The notes: generated by a model from the letters alone, not told the origin. Positions 29,113-41,306 are shown, counted from the stretch's first letter. The stretch is DNA of 64,000 nucleotides from Candidatus Omnitrophota bacterium (GCA_041649175.1 JBAZNR010000003.1:79449-143448), one strand, 5' to 3'. A program made the numbers and translations.

Positions 29113-29120
29113 AAAAATTC

Positions 29121-29149
29121 TTGACAAAATTTTTGATTTTCGGTACATT
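29121..29149 (+). promoter_or_regulatory. groESL sigma70 promoter
   Basis: TTGACA (29121-29126), 17-nt spacer, TACATT (29144-29149). The -10 box overlaps CIRCE copy 2. Confidence 0.55.
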
Positions 29150-29174
29150 AGCACTCTGAAGTTAAGAGTGCTAA
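29148..29174 (+). promoter_or_regulatory. CIRCE operator copy 2 (perfect consensus)
   Basis: TTAGCACTC-TGAAGTTAA-GAGTGCTAA exactly matches the CIRCE consensus, immediately upstream of groES. Confidence 0.85.
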
Positions 29175-29237
29175 CTTTGTTTAGCGGGAAATTTTGAAAA
29201 GTTTTTCAAGTTCAACATTTTAAAGGAGGTGTTTGTC

Positions 29238-29528
29238 GTGGAGATCAAACCATTAGGCGACAGAATTGTCGTAAAGCCTTTAGAGGCTGAAGAAAAAACA
29301 AAGGGCGGAATTGTCCTGCCGGATACAGCAAAGGAAAAGCCGCAAGAGGGCAAAGTCGTTGCTGTCGGAAAAGGAAAAGTTTTAGACAATGGCACAGTTC
29401 ATCCTTTGGAAGTGAAAGCCGGAGACCGTATCCTTTATGGAAAATATAGCGGAAGTGAAATAACGACGCGTGAAGGTGACGAGCTGTTGATCATGCGCGA
29501 AGAAGATGTTTTGGCTGTCATCAAGTAA
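29238..29528 (+). CDS. groES: co-chaperonin GroES
   Basis: [29 protein letters not shown]... GTG start 7 nt after AGGAGG (29225-29230). The track ORF starts at an ATG inside the RBS. Confidence 0.9.
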   Translation: MEIKPLGDRIVVKPLEAEEKTKGGIVLPDTAKEKPQEGKVVAVGKGKVLDNGTVHPLEVKAGDRILYGKYSGSEITTREGDELLIMREEDVLAVIK

Positions 29529-29544
29529 TATTAGGCAATTTTAA

Positions 29545-31209
<1,665 letters not shown>

Positions 31210-31250
31210 TCCCCGCGCAGGAAAAGCTGAAAACGGATTATTTTAATGGA

Positions 31251-31310
31251 GCCCCGCACCTTTTAAAAATTCATTTTTCAAGAATGATAAAAGGTGCGGG
31301 GCACTTTTTA
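31251..31310 (+). terminator. hairpin terminator downstream of groEL
   Basis: 14-bp stem GCCCCGCACCTTTT / AAAAGGTGCGGGGC with a 24-nt loop, followed by ACTTTTTATT. Confidence 0.55.
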
Positions 31311-31313
31311 TTA

Positions 31314-31342
31314 TTGACATTTCAAGGCAAAATCCGTATAGT
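31314..31342 (+). promoter_or_regulatory. consensus-like sigma70 promoter for the guaB-like/guaA pair
   Basis: TTGACA (31314-31319), 17-nt spacer, TATAGT (31337-31342). Confidence 0.45.
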
Positions 31343-31421
31343 ATATCCCAATTAAGTAATGATTTTCCTTTCATCAATACGCAATTATAAATTTTCTTAA
31401 CGTTAAGGAGGCAAAGGATTT

Positions 31422-32582
31422 ATGGCTGAATGGGTTGGTATTGGCCGGCGCGCAAGGCGCTGTTATGGTTTTGATGAGATCGCGTTAGTTCCCGGAATGG
31501 TGACGGTAAATCCTAATGAAGTAGACACCAGTTGGGCCATCGGAAAAATGAAATTTTCTGTTCCGATCGTCGCGGCGGCGATGGACGGAGTTGTGGACGT
31601 TAAATTTGCCGTAGCCATGGGAAAACTCGGTGGAATTGCTGTTTTGAATCTCGACGGTATTCAGACGCGCTATGAAAATCCTGATGAAGTTTTAAATAAA
31701 ATTGCCAGCGCAACCCCTCAAGAAGCCACCAAACTTGTTCAAAGTGTTTATCTTACTCCCGTTAAAGAAAAATTGATCGCCAAGCGTATTCGCGAGATCA
31801 AGTCACATAAAGTTCCCGCCGTTGTCAGCTGTATCCCTCAAAATGCTAAAAATTTCTGTGATATTGCCCAAGATGCCGGCTGTGATATTTTTGTCGTTCA
31901 ATCGACGGTCGCGACGACGCATCATATTGCCACAGAATATAAAGTTTTAGACTTAGAAAAGTTTTGTAAGAAAGCAAAAATTCCTATTATCATCGGAAAT
32001 TGCGTTACCTACGAAGTCGCTTTAGAGTTGATGGAAATCGGCGCTTCGGCGCTTTTAGTCGGCGTTGGCCCCGGAGCGGCATGTACCACGCGCGGTGTTT
32101 TAGGCATCGGTGTTCCGCAAGTCACATCAACCGTTGATACGGCCGCGGCCCGTGAATATTTCTTCAAAAGAAGGGGAAAATATATCCCTATCATCACAGA
32201 CGGCGGTATGCGCATTGGCGGGGAGATCTGCAAAGCCATCGCGTCCGGCGGTGATGCGGTTATGGTAGGCTCAGCATTTGCCAAAGCCAAAGAAGCTCCC
32301 GGCCGAGGGTATCATTGGGGCATGGCGACATCGCATGCGAATTTACCCCGCGGAACACGCATTAATGTCGGAACGACCGGGGCATTAAAAGAGATCCTTT
32401 TTGGGCCGGCGCAGGTTGATGACGGTTCACAAAATCTCATGGGTGCTCTTAAAACATCCATGGGGTCATTGGGTGCTTCCAATATTAAAGAAATGCATGA
32501 TGTGGAGATGATCATCGCTCCCTCAATTCAAACAGAAGGAAAGATCTTCCAGGTTGGCCAACGGGTAGGAATGGGAAAATAA
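31422..32582 (+). CDS. guaB: IMP dehydrogenase-family protein lacking the CBS subdomain (GuaB-like short form)
   Basis: 386 aa. FDEIALVPG..., [11 protein letters not shown], catalytic-loop [19 protein letters not shown]. There is no Bateman/CBS insertion. AAGGAGG RBS. Directly upstream of guaA. Confidence 0.7.
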   Translation: MAEWVGIGRRARRCYGFDEIALVPGMVTVNPNEVDTSWAIGKMKFSVPIVAAAMDGVVDVKFAVAMGKLGGIAVLNLDGIQTRYENPDEVLNKIASATPQEATKLVQSVYLTPVKEKLIAKRIREIKSHKVPAVVSCIPQNAKNFCDIAQDAGCDIFVVQSTVATTHHIATEYKVLDLEKFCKKAKIPIIIGNCVTYEVALELMEIGASALLVGVGPGAACTTRGVLGIGVPQVTSTVDTAAAREYFFKRRGKYIPIITDGGMRIGGEICKAIASGGDAVMVGSAFAKAKEAPGRGYHWGMATSHANLPRGTRINVGTTGALKEILFGPAQVDDGSQNLMGALKTSMGSLGASNIKEMHDVEMIIAPSIQTEGKIFQVGQRVGMGK

Positions 32583-32583
32583 T

Positions 32584-34128
32584 ATGAAAACAAAAGATGT
32601 TATTCTAATTTTAGATTTCGGTTCACAATATACACAGTTGATCGCACGCCGTATCCGTGAAAGCAAGGTTTTTAGCAAGATCGTTCCGTATAATATTTCG
32701 ATGGAAGAGATCGAGAAATATAATCCCAAAGGATTGGTTTTATCCGGCGGGCCGATGAGCGTTTATGATAAAAACGCTCCGTTGCCGCACAAAGAGATCT
32801 TCAAGCTGGGCAAACCTATTCTAGGGATTTGCTATGGCATGCAGGCGATCACGCATATGCTAGGCGGAAAAGTGAAAGAAACTCCCAAGAGGGAATTTGG
32901 CAGGGCGGAATTATTCATCGATAGCAGTAAAGGGCTTTTTGAAAGCCTTCCGAGCAATCTAACATGCTGGATGAGCCATGGCGATGAGATCAAAAAGCTC
33001 CCGCAAGGATTTACCGCCATTGCGCACACCTTAAATAATCCGATCGCGGCCATTGCCAATAAACCAAAAAAGGTTTATGGCGTTCAGTTCCATCCTGAAG
33101 TTGTTCATACACAGCGCGGCCAGCAGATCATCTCTAATTTCTTATTTCAGATCTGCGGTTGTTTTCCTCGCTGGACCATGGATCGGTTTGTCCATGAAAC
33201 GGTGAAAAACATCAGAGAAGTTGTCGGTAAAAAAAGAGTTGTTTTAGGTTTAAGCGGCGGGGTTGACTCGTCTATAACGGCGATGTTGCTCCAGCAGGCG
33301 ATCGGCAAACAGCTATACTGCATTTTTGTCGATAACGGACTTTTGCGAAAAAACGAAGCGTCGACTGTCGAGAAAACTTTTAAGGGCGCTTTTAAGATGA
33401 ACTTAGCCTGCGTTGACGCGCAAAAAAGATTTTTACAACGTCTTAAAAACGTTACGGATCCCGAACAAAAACGAAAGATCATTGGCGATGAATTTGTTAA
33501 GGTTTTTCAAGAAGCCGCTAAGAAGATCAAAGGTGTTGAATTCTTAGGCCAGGGAACTTTGTATCCGGATGTTATTGAATCCTTTTCGCCTTTAGGCGGC
33601 CCGTCAGCGACGATAAAAACGCATCATAATGTCGGCGGATTGCCTAAGGATATGAAATTAAAGCTCATCGAGCCTTTGCGCGACCTATTCAAAGATGAGG
33701 TTCGCATGATCGGCAAATACATAAACCTTCCCGAGAATATGATCAAGCGCCAGCCTTTTCCAGGCCCGGGCTTGGCAATTCGTATTGTTGGTGAAGTGAC
33801 CGAAGAGCGTCTCAACATTTTACGCGAAGCTGATGAAAGAGTTTTAGAGGAAGTCAAAAAGGCCGGGCTTTATAATGATATTTGGCAATCGTTTGCGGTC
33901 TTGCTTCCCATTAAAACGGTTGGCGTCATGGGTGATCAAAGAACGTATGAAAACGCGATCGCGCTTCGTTGCGTCAGCAGTGCCGACGGCATGACAGCCG
34001 ATTGGGTTAAGCTTCCGCATGAACTATTAGAAAAGATCTCCAATCGCATTATCAATGAAGTTCAGGGTGTTAATCGCGTGGTTTATGATATTAGTTCTAA
34101 ACCGCCGGCGACCATTGAGTGGGAATAG
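32584..34128 (+). CDS. guaA: GMP synthase (glutamine-hydrolysing)
   Basis: N-terminal class I amidotransferase ([18 protein letters not shown]; GICYGMQ), PP-loop SGGVDSS, C-terminal dimerisation domain. 514 aa. Confidence 0.9.
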   Translation: MKTKDVILILDFGSQYTQLIARRIRESKVFSKIVPYNISMEEIEKYNPKGLVLSGGPMSVYDKNAPLPHKEIFKLGKPILGICYGMQAITHMLGGKVKETPKREFGRAELFIDSSKGLFESLPSNLTCWMSHGDEIKKLPQGFTAIAHTLNNPIAAIANKPKKVYGVQFHPEVVHTQRGQQIISNFLFQICGCFPRWTMDRFVHETVKNIREVVGKKRVVLGLSGGVDSSITAMLLQQAIGKQLYCIFVDNGLLRKNEASTVEKTFKGAFKMNLACVDAQKRFLQRLKNVTDPEQKRKIIGDEFVKVFQEAAKKIKGVEFLGQGTLYPDVIESFSPLGGPSATIKTHHNVGGLPKDMKLKLIEPLRDLFKDEVRMIGKYINLPENMIKRQPFPGPGLAIRIVGEVTEERLNILREADERVLEEVKKAGLYNDIWQSFAVLLPIKTVGVMGDQRTYENAIALRCVSSADGMTADWVKLPHELLEKISNRIINEVQGVNRVVYDISSKPPATIEWE

Positions 34129-34215
34129 GTTTGAGCCGCTTACGATATTGATGTTTTAAAGTGTAGTTACGTAAAAATTTTCCTCCAATCTGTATCCTCG
34201 CGAAGCTGATACGTT

Positions 34216-37200
34216 ATGATGTATCATTCTGATTTTGTTCATCTGCACGTTCACACGCAGTACAGTCTTCTAGACGGTGCCTGCCGCATCAAAGAACTCG
34301 TCAAAAAAGCCGCGGATTGTAAAATGCCCGCTTTGGGAATGACCGATCATGGCAATATGTTCGGCGCGGTCGAGTTTTATCAAGCGGCCGTTAAAAATGG
34401 TGTAAAGCCTATTATTGGATGCGAATCTTACGTCGCGCCGGGCAGCCGTTTGGAAAAAGGAACGGGGCAAGGCGGGGCATCGCATTTAGTTTTGTTCGCG
34501 CGAAACGAACAAGGCTACCGCAATTTGATGAAACTCATTTCTTTAGGATATTTGGAAGGATTTTATTATCGTCCGCGTTTAGATAAAGAGATCCTTAGCA
34601 AATATTCCGACGGGCTTTTATCGACATCGGCATGTATGCGCGGGGAAGTAGCCTGGAATATCCGTCAAGGAAATTATGCGGCGGCCGTTAAGGCTGCGGA
34701 TGAACTTTCTCATATTTTCGGAAAAGGGAATTTTTATTTGGAGCTGATGGAAAATCAAATTCCCGATCAAAAGATCGTCAACGAAGGATTGCTTAAGATC
34801 GCCAAAGACTTAAGCTTGCCGTTGGTTGCCACCAATGATGTTCATTACATCGAGCAAAATCAAGCCTCCGCCCATGAAGCGCTTTTGTGTATTCAAACAC
34901 AAACGACTTTAGATGATCCTAATCGCATGAGGCTTAAGACAGAAGAATTTTATTTTAAAGACCCGGAAGTTATGAAGCAGATGTTTTCTCATGTCCCGGA
35001 TGCCATCAGTAATACCTTGGCCATTGCCGAAAAATGTAATCTCGAATTAGAATTCAACAAGATCCACATTCCGCACTACGATCCGCCGGGTGGAAAATCC
35101 AAAGAAGATTTTATCCGCGAACTTTGTATGGAAGGAATTAAAAAACGTTTTGGCACCGCTAATAAAGAAATTTTGGCGCGCTTAGAGCATGAACTGACGG
35201 TCATTAAAAAAATGGGTTTTATTAGTTATTTTTTGATCGTTTGGGATTTTATTCATTATGCCAAGCAAAGCGGAATTCCCGTCGGGCCAGGGCGCGGTTC
35301 GGCGGCCGGGAGCTTGGTCAGTTATCTTTTGGAAATTACGAATTTAGATCCGCTAAAATACGGATTACTTTTTGAACGGTTTTTAAATCCCGAACGTTTA
35401 AAGATGCCTGATATTGATATTGATTTCTGTTACGAGCGCCGTCCCGAGGTCATCGCCTATGTGACGAATAAATACGGAAAAGATAATGTCGCGCAAATCA
35501 TTACCTTTGGAACAATGCAAGCGCGCGCCGCCATCCGCGACGTCGGAAGAGTTATGGGCGTTGCCTATAGCGACGTAGATAAGATCGCCAAAATGATTCC
35601 CGGAGATCCCAATATCACCCTTGAAGATGCCGTAAAAATAGAACCGCAATTAAGCCAGCTTTGTAAAACCGATGAAAAATCCGCACGGATCATTGAAACG
35701 GCGAAAGTTTTAGAAGGCTTAAGCCGCCATGCCTCTATTCACGCGGCGGGCGTTGTGATCTCTGATAAGCCTCTAACCGAATATGTCCCGCTTTTTAAGA
35801 CAAGTGACGGCCAGATCACCACCGGTTATTCTATGGATGGCATTTCAAAGATCGGCCTGCTTAAAATGGACTTTTTGGGTTTGCGCACGCTAACGGTTAT
35901 CAGTGAAGGCGTGAAGCTCATCAAAAGGATACACGACGTAACTATAGAGATCGATAAGATCCCCATCGATGATCTTAAAACTTTTGAATTATTAAGCCAT
36001 GCCAATAGTTTTGGCATTTTTCAGCTGGAAAGTTCGGGGATGCGCGAATTATTAAAACGCATCAAGCCGACACAATTCGAAGACCTGATCTCTATTTTAG
36101 CTTTGTATCGTCCGGGTCCTATCGGCAGCGGCATGTTGGATGATTTTATTAAACGTAAAAAAGGGGAAATACAATTTCGTTATGATCATCCGAAGTTGGA
36201 ATCGATCTTAAAAGAAACCTACGGCATTATCGTTTTCCAGGAGCAGGTTATGCAAATTGCGAGTGTCTTGGCAGGTTTTAGCATGACGCAAGCCGATCAC
36301 TTGCGCCAGGCGATGAGTAAAAAAGACCCCTTAGTTATGGATCAGATGCGAAAAGATTTTATTTTAGGATGCCATAAAGCGAATAATATCGCCGAAGGGC
36401 TGGCAAATAAAATCTTTGACCTTATTGACTATTTCGCCGGTTATGGGTTTAACCGAAGCCATTCGGCGGCATACGCGCTTATTTCATACCAGACGGCTTA
36501 TTTAAAAGCGAATTATCCGGTTGAATTTATGTGTGCGCTTTTGACTTCAGAAAAAGATAATACCGATAAGGTCGTGGAATATGTTAAAGAATCGGAAGCC
36601 ATGGGGATCAAGGTGCTTCCGCCGGATGTCAATGAAAGTTTGGCGGCGTTTAACGTTATTGACGAGAAAACTATCCGCTACGGATTGATCGCGGTCAAAA
36701 ATATCGGAAGCTTAGCCATTGAATCCATTGTTGAACAAAGAAAACTCGGGAAATATAAATCTCTTTTCGATTTTTGCGAACGGGTAGATCTGCGCCTGGC
36801 CAACCGAAAGGTTGTGGAAAGCTTGATCAAATGCGGGGCATTCGACAGCTTTGGATTTTATCGTTCGCAAATGATGAGCATGGTTGATCAAGCGTTAGAA
36901 TCGGGCGCAAGGTCTCAGAAGGAAAAATTATCGGGGCAGTTTTCATTTTTCGGAATGGGTAATGATGGATTTCAGAAAAATGAAGATCTTCCTCAGATCA
37001 AAGAATGGCCGCAAGCGCAAATTTTAGCTTTTGAACGGGAGCTTTTAGGTTTTTACGTCAGCGGGCATCCTTTAACGCGTTATGATATTGAAATTAAAGC
37101 ATTTACAGATTACACCACCAAGGAATTTTATCGGGCAACCGAAGGGCAGGAGATCAAGTTTGTTGGGCTTATCGGATCGGTGAAGCTGACAACGACCAAG

Positions 37201-37641
37201 CGAACCAATGAACGTATGGCTATTTTGAAAGTCGAAGATATGGAAGGAGAAGCCGAAGCGGTTGTTTTTCCGTCCGCTTATCCGACCGTAGCGGCCCAAC
37301 TTAAGGAAGGTACGGTTGTGGTGGTTAAAGGCCGGGTGAGCTTCCGAGATAATACGCCTAAGATCATGGTCAGCGATATTAAGCAAATGGATGAAGTTTA
37401 TAAGTCTATTACGGCGATAAGTATTGAATTATCAGGGGTTAACGAAGAGGCTTTAAAGTCCTTAAAAGAAAAATTGGCGCTTTTTCCCGGAAAGGTCCCG
37501 GTTTATTTGCGATTAGACACCAATTCTTATAAAAGCGTGCAAATTTTGGTCGGGGAAGATTTTTTTGTTGCGCCTAGTGAAGTTTTATTAAGCGATCTTA
37601 AAGACTTGGTGGGAGCCGGAAATTTTTCCTTGACACTGTAA
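34216..37641 (+). CDS. dnaE: DNA polymerase III alpha subunit
   Basis: FVHLHVHTQYSLLDGA PHP domain, polymerase core, OB-fold. 1141 aa. Confidence 0.95.
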   Translation: MMYHSDFVHLHVHTQYSLLDGACRIKELVKKAADCKMPALGMTDHGNMFGAVEFYQAAVKNGVKPIIGCESYVAPGSRLEKGTGQGGASHLVLFARNEQGYRNLMKLISLGYLEGFYYRPRLDKEILSKYSDGLLSTSACMRGEVAWNIRQGNYAAAVKAADELSHIFGKGNFYLELMENQIPDQKIVNEGLLKIAKDLSLPLVATNDVHYIEQNQASAHEALLCIQTQTTLDDPNRMRLKTEEFYFKDPEVMKQMFSHVPDAISNTLAIAEKCNLELEFNKIHIPHYDPPGGKSKEDFIRELCMEGIKKRFGTANKEILARLEHELTVIKKMGFISYFLIVWDFIHYAKQSGIPVGPGRGSAAGSLVSYLLEITNLDPLKYGLLFERFLNPERLKMPDIDIDFCYERRPEVIAYVTNKYGKDNVAQIITFGTMQARAAIRDVGRVMGVAYSDVDKIAKMIPGDPNITLEDAVKIEPQLSQLCKTDEKSARIIETAKVLEGLSRHASIHAAGVVISDKPLTEYVPLFKTSDGQITTGYSMDGISKIGLLKMDFLGLRTLTVISEGVKLIKRIHDVTIEIDKIPIDDLKTFELLSHANSFGIFQLESSGMRELLKRIKPTQFEDLISILALYRPGPIGSGMLDDFIKRKKGEIQFRYDHPKLESILKETYGIIVFQEQVMQIASVLAGFSMTQADHLRQAMSKKDPLVMDQMRKDFILGCHKANNIAEGLANKIFDLIDYFAGYGFNRSHSAAYALISYQTAYLKANYPVEFMCALLTSEKDNTDKVVEYVKESEAMGIKVLPPDVNESLAAFNVIDEKTIRYGLIAVKNIGSLAIESIVEQRKLGKYKSLFDFCERVDLRLANRKVVESLIKCGAFDSFGFYRSQMMSMVDQALESGARSQKEKLSGQFSFFGMGNDGFQKNEDLPQIKEWPQAQILAFERELLGFYVSGHPLTRYDIEIKAFTDYTTKEFYRATEGQEIKFVGLIGSVKLTTTKRTNERMAILKVEDMEGEAEAVVFPSAYPTVAAQLKEGTVVVVKGRVSFRDNTPKIMVSDIKQMDEVYKSITAISIELSGVNEEALKSLKEKLALFPGKVPVYLRLDTNSYKSVQILVGEDFFVAPSEVLLSDLKDLVGAGNFSLTL

Positions 37642-37682
37642 CATATTGCTGATACTTTACTTATGATTAGGAGGAACAAAAG

Positions 37683-37955
37683 ATGACTAAGAAAGACATT
37701 GTTCTTCGGATTACCGACATGACGGGCATTAAGCAGGTGGACGTCAAAAAGGTTGTACAAAAGACTTTTGATTCCATTGTGGAAAGCCTCATGCGGTCAG
37801 AAAAAGTTGAGCTGCGCAATTTTGGTGTTTTTAAGATCAAAGAACGCCGCGCTCGCTTTGGCAGAAATCCAAGAACGGGAGAGAGTGTTCCGGTGCCGCC
37901 TCGTAAGGTCGTTGTCTTTAAACCCGGCCTTGAAATGAAGAAAAAGATCAAGTAG
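37683..37955 (+). CDS. hup: HU/IHF-family DNA-binding protein
   Basis: 90 aa. ...ELRNFGVFKIKERRARFGRNPRTGESVPVPPRKVVVFKPG... beta-arm motif. AGGAGG RBS. Confidence 0.85.
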   Translation: MTKKDIVLRITDMTGIKQVDVKKVVQKTFDSIVESLMRSEKVELRNFGVFKIKERRARFGRNPRTGESVPVPPRKVVVFKPGLEMKKKIK

Positions 37956-38009
37956 TTCTTTTGACCATTTCAACTTTGCATGCGGAATTGAAAAATAGAA
38001 AATGAAAAA

Positions 38010-38050
38010 GGGCGTCCGCCCCGCCGTGAAATATGGCGGGGCGGACGCCC
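38010..38050 (+). terminator. GC-rich hairpin between hup and hisS (probable intrinsic terminator or attenuator)
   Basis: Perfect 16-bp stem GGGCGTCCGCCCCGCC / GGCGGGGCGGACGCCC with a 9-nt loop. It is flanked by an A-run upstream and only a weak T tract downstream. Confidence 0.45.
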
Positions 38051-38082
38051 TTAAGACTAATACTAAAAGGTTATTCGTTTTT

Positions 38083-39369
38083 ATGGCACAACAATTTTCC
38101 CGTCCCCGCGGTACCGGCGATATTCTTCCCGAAGAATCCCTTTTGTGGCAGGACATTGAACAAAAAGCCCGCAAAATCTTTTCTATCTACGGCTATCAAG
38201 AGATCCGCACGCCCGCCTTTGAAGAGACGGCTCTTTTTACCCGTTCTCTAGGTGAAACGAGCGACGTGGTCCAAAAACAAATGCTCAATTTGGAAAAAGA
38301 AGGCCTTTCTCTTCGCCCAGAGGGAACAGCATCGGTTGTCCGCTCTTACATTGAAAACTCTTTAGATAAAAAACAAAATTTAAATAAGCTTTACTATATC
38401 GGTGCTATGTTTCGCGGTGAACGTCCTCAAAAAGGACGGCTTCGCCAATTCCATCAGATCGGTGTGGAAGCCATTGGCGCGGATGCTCAGAATTTGCCCT
38501 ATCTTGACGCGGAAGTCATTATCTTGAGCGCCAATCTCTTGAAAAGTTTCGGTCTCAAGGAAGACGAGTTTACGGTCAAGATCAATACTCTAGGCTCAAA
38601 AGAAGATAAAGAAAATTTCTCGGGTATTCTTCGTGAAAAACTTAAAAACCATCTTTCAACTCTTTGCGAAGATTGCCAGAATAGATTTCAGAAAAACGTT
38701 TTACGCGTTTTGGACTGCAAAAATAAAACGTGCAAAGACATTGTCGGCAAAATAGATATCGGCCATTCGTATCTTTCCAAAGAAAGTCAGGCCTATTTTG
38801 AAAGTGTCAAAGAAGCCTTAAAAGAACAAAATATTGCTTTTAGCGTTGAGCCCAATTTAGTCCGCGGTTTAGATTATTATACGCATACGGTTTTTGAGAT
38901 TTCCAGCGCCGCTTTAGGAAGTCAAGACGCGCTCGGGGCAGGTGGACGTTACAATAATTTGATCACTGTTTTAGGTGGTCCGCAAGTTCACGCGACGGGT
39001 TTTGCCTTAGGCATAGAACGGATCCTACTGGCGCTCGCCGGAAAAGAAACGGCGCAAAAAACGACTTCCCAAGTTTTTGTAGTCGGCTTAGATGAACGCG
39101 GTTTTAAAACAGGATTTCAAATTGTCCATCAACTCCGCGCGTCGGGTTATCCTAGCGATATGGTTTATAAGATCACAGCGCTAAAAAATGTTTTAAGTCT
39201 TTTGAATAAAATCAATGCCAAAGCTGTTATTATACTGGGCGAAGATGAGGTCAATAAGCGGGTTTTAAGTTTTAAAAATTTAGAAACACGCGAACAAGAA
39301 TCTTTAAATATCGGTGATTGGGAAAAATTATTTCCCCTATTAGAAAAGGCGGGAGTCAAGAAGATATGA
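38083..39369 (+). CDS. hisS: histidyl-tRNA synthetase
   Basis: MAQQFSRPRGTGDILPEE..., class II motifs, HisRS-type anticodon-binding domain. The track ORF extends upstream through the hairpin. ATG 38083 gives the canonical N-terminus. Confidence 0.85.
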   Translation: MAQQFSRPRGTGDILPEESLLWQDIEQKARKIFSIYGYQEIRTPAFEETALFTRSLGETSDVVQKQMLNLEKEGLSLRPEGTASVVRSYIENSLDKKQNLNKLYYIGAMFRGERPQKGRLRQFHQIGVEAIGADAQNLPYLDAEVIILSANLLKSFGLKEDEFTVKINTLGSKEDKENFSGILREKLKNHLSTLCEDCQNRFQKNVLRVLDCKNKTCKDIVGKIDIGHSYLSKESQAYFESVKEALKEQNIAFSVEPNLVRGLDYYTHTVFEISSAALGSQDALGAGGRYNNLITVLGGPQVHATGFALGIERILLALAGKETAQKTTSQVFVVGLDERGFKTGFQIVHQLRASGYPSDMVYKITALKNVLSLLNKINAKAVIILGEDEVNKRVLSFKNLETREQESLNIGDWEKLFPLLEKAGVKKI

Positions 39370-40760
39370 TGCGTACGCATACATGCGGAGAACTTAATAA
39401 AAGTAATATTGACCAAACAGCGACACTATGCGGATGGGTTCATCGCCGTCGCGACCACGGAAAACTCATCTTTATTGATATCCGTGATCGTTACGGTTTA
39501 ACCCAGGTTGTTTTCATTCCTTCCGTATCCAAAGACGCTCATAAAATAGCGCAAGAGTTGGGTCCGGAATTTGTTATTAAAATAACCGGAAAAGTGGGGC
39601 CGCGTCCGAAGGGAACAGATAATCCGAAACTTCCCACCGGAGAGATCGAGATCGCCGCGACCGAATTGGAGATCTTAAACCGCGCGCAAGTTCCGGTTTT
39701 TGAGATCGATGACAGCATAGAAGTGGCCGAAGAATTACGGTTAACCTATCGCTATTTAGATATCCGCCGCCAAAAAGTTTTGCAGGCGCTTATTACGCGC
39801 CATAAATTGTGTTCGGTTATCAGAAAATTCTTAGACAAGCAGGGATTTTTAGAAATTGAAACTCCCGTTTTAACGAAATCCACTCCCGAAGGGGCGCGCG
39901 ACTTTTTAGTTCCGTCGCGCTTAAATCCGGGAGAATTTTTCGCGCTTCCGCAATCGCCGCAATTATTCAAACAAATTTTGATGGTTTCGGGCATTGATAA
40001 ATATTTTCAGATCGTTAAATGTTTCCGCGACGAAGACCTGCGCGCCGACCGTCAACCGGAATTCACTCAGCTGGATATGGAAATGTCTTTTGTCACCAAA
40101 GAAGACGTTTTTACTTTAACCGAAGCGCTCTTTAAAGAGATCTTCAAGGAAGTCAAAGGCATTGATATTCAAACGCCTTTTCCTCGGCTTACGCATCGCG
40201 AGGCGATGGAAAAATATAAAAGCGATAAACCCGACCTGCGTAAGCCCGGCGAAGAGTTTTCTCTTTCTTGGATTGTGGATTTTCCTTTGCTCAAATATAA
40301 TAACGAAGAGAAACGTTGGGAAAGTGAGCATCATCCTTTCACGTCCATCAACGAAGAGGACATGAAATATATTGATTCTAAGGAATTTGATAAGATCAGA
40401 GCGCATTCTTATGATCTGGTCATCAACGGCCATGAAGTCGGCAGCGGTTCGGTGCGTATCCATCGCCGGGAAATTCAACAAAAGATCTTTGATCTGATCG
40501 GATTTAAACAGGAAGAAGCCGAGAAGCGTTTTGGATTCTTACTGCGCGCCTTTGAATACGGCGCTCCGCCGCACGCGGGCGTTGCCTATGGCATTGACCG
40601 ATTAGTAGGAATTTTATCCGGACTTGATTCTATTCGTGATACAATGGCATTTCCAAAAACTCAAAAGGGTAGCTGTATGATGACCGATGCGCCATCAGCG
40701 GTTGATCAAAAACAATTAAAAGAATTAGGATTAATTACTATTAACAAAGGAGGAAAATGA
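39366..40760 (+). CDS. aspS: aspartyl-tRNA synthetase, bacterial-type core but without the GAD insertion domain
   Basis: MMRTHTCGEL..., LPQSPQLFKQILM, FRDEDLRADRQPEFTQLDMEMSF, GSGSVRIHRREIQQKIF, GAPPHAGVAYGIDRL. 464 aa. The ATG overlaps the hisS stop (ATGA). Confidence 0.85.
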   Translation: MMRTHTCGELNKSNIDQTATLCGWVHRRRDHGKLIFIDIRDRYGLTQVVFIPSVSKDAHKIAQELGPEFVIKITGKVGPRPKGTDNPKLPTGEIEIAATELEILNRAQVPVFEIDDSIEVAEELRLTYRYLDIRRQKVLQALITRHKLCSVIRKFLDKQGFLEIETPVLTKSTPEGARDFLVPSRLNPGEFFALPQSPQLFKQILMVSGIDKYFQIVKCFRDEDLRADRQPEFTQLDMEMSFVTKEDVFTLTEALFKEIFKEVKGIDIQTPFPRLTHREAMEKYKSDKPDLRKPGEEFSLSWIVDFPLLKYNNEEKRWESEHHPFTSINEEDMKYIDSKEFDKIRAHSYDLVINGHEVGSGSVRIHRREIQQKIFDLIGFKQEEAEKRFGFLLRAFEYGAPPHAGVAYGIDRLVGILSGLDSIRDTMAFPKTQKGSCMMTDAPSAVDQKQLKELGLITINKGGK

Positions 40761-41290
40761 TGTTTAAGAATTCATGGAAACTTTTGACAGGAATTTTGAT
40801 CGTTGTCTTTTTTGCCGGTTGTGCGGCCCGTACGTATACGCAAGTGAAAGACCGGGTTGATCAAGACCGTGCTGTTGGTAATGCCGGTTATTTAAGCGGC
40901 AATGCTCCCGCGCAAGATACAAGCAATTTAAAGACAACGCGCACGACGTATGTCTTGGAACTTCAAACACCGTCCGCCAAAAAACAAAATGCTGAAATGG
41001 ACAAAATGATCAAAGAAGCCGAAGAGATCGCCCAGCGCGCTCGTCAAGCCCAGGCTTTGGAATCGAGCAGGTCAATGCCGCCACCCGCGCCTGTGGTGAG
41101 AATCCAAGAAGAAGTTTCTTCCGGCGTTGTTGAATATACCGTTCAAGAGGGAGATACTTTGCAGAAGATCTCGAAGAAGTTTTTTGATAGCTATAGCAAA
41201 TGGCAGAAGATCTATGATCTCAATAAAGAAAAGATCAGCAATCCTAACCGTATTAAACCCGGTACGGTTTTAATGATCCCGAAGGAATAG
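40757..41290 (+). CDS. LysM-domain lipoprotein
   Basis: Lipobox FFAGC. C-terminal LysM (YTVQEGDTLQKISKKFFDSYSKWQKIYDLNKEKISNPNRIKPGTVLMIP). Confidence 0.6.
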   Translation: MMFKNSWKLLTGILIVVFFAGCAARTYTQVKDRVDQDRAVGNAGYLSGNAPAQDTSNLKTTRTTYVLELQTPSAKKQNAEMDKMIKEAEEIAQRARQAQALESSRSMPPPAPVVRIQEEVSSGVVEYTVQEGDTLQKISKKFFDSYSKWQKIYDLNKEKISNPNRIKPGTVLMIPKE

Positions 41291-41306
41291 CTTTTAGATA
41301 GCCTTT

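Noticed and set aside
38002-38082. N-terminal extension of hisS through the GC hairpin (track start 38002)
   Set aside because: The extension would be translated from the terminator-like hairpin after hup. ATG 38083 gives the canonical HisRS N-terminus.
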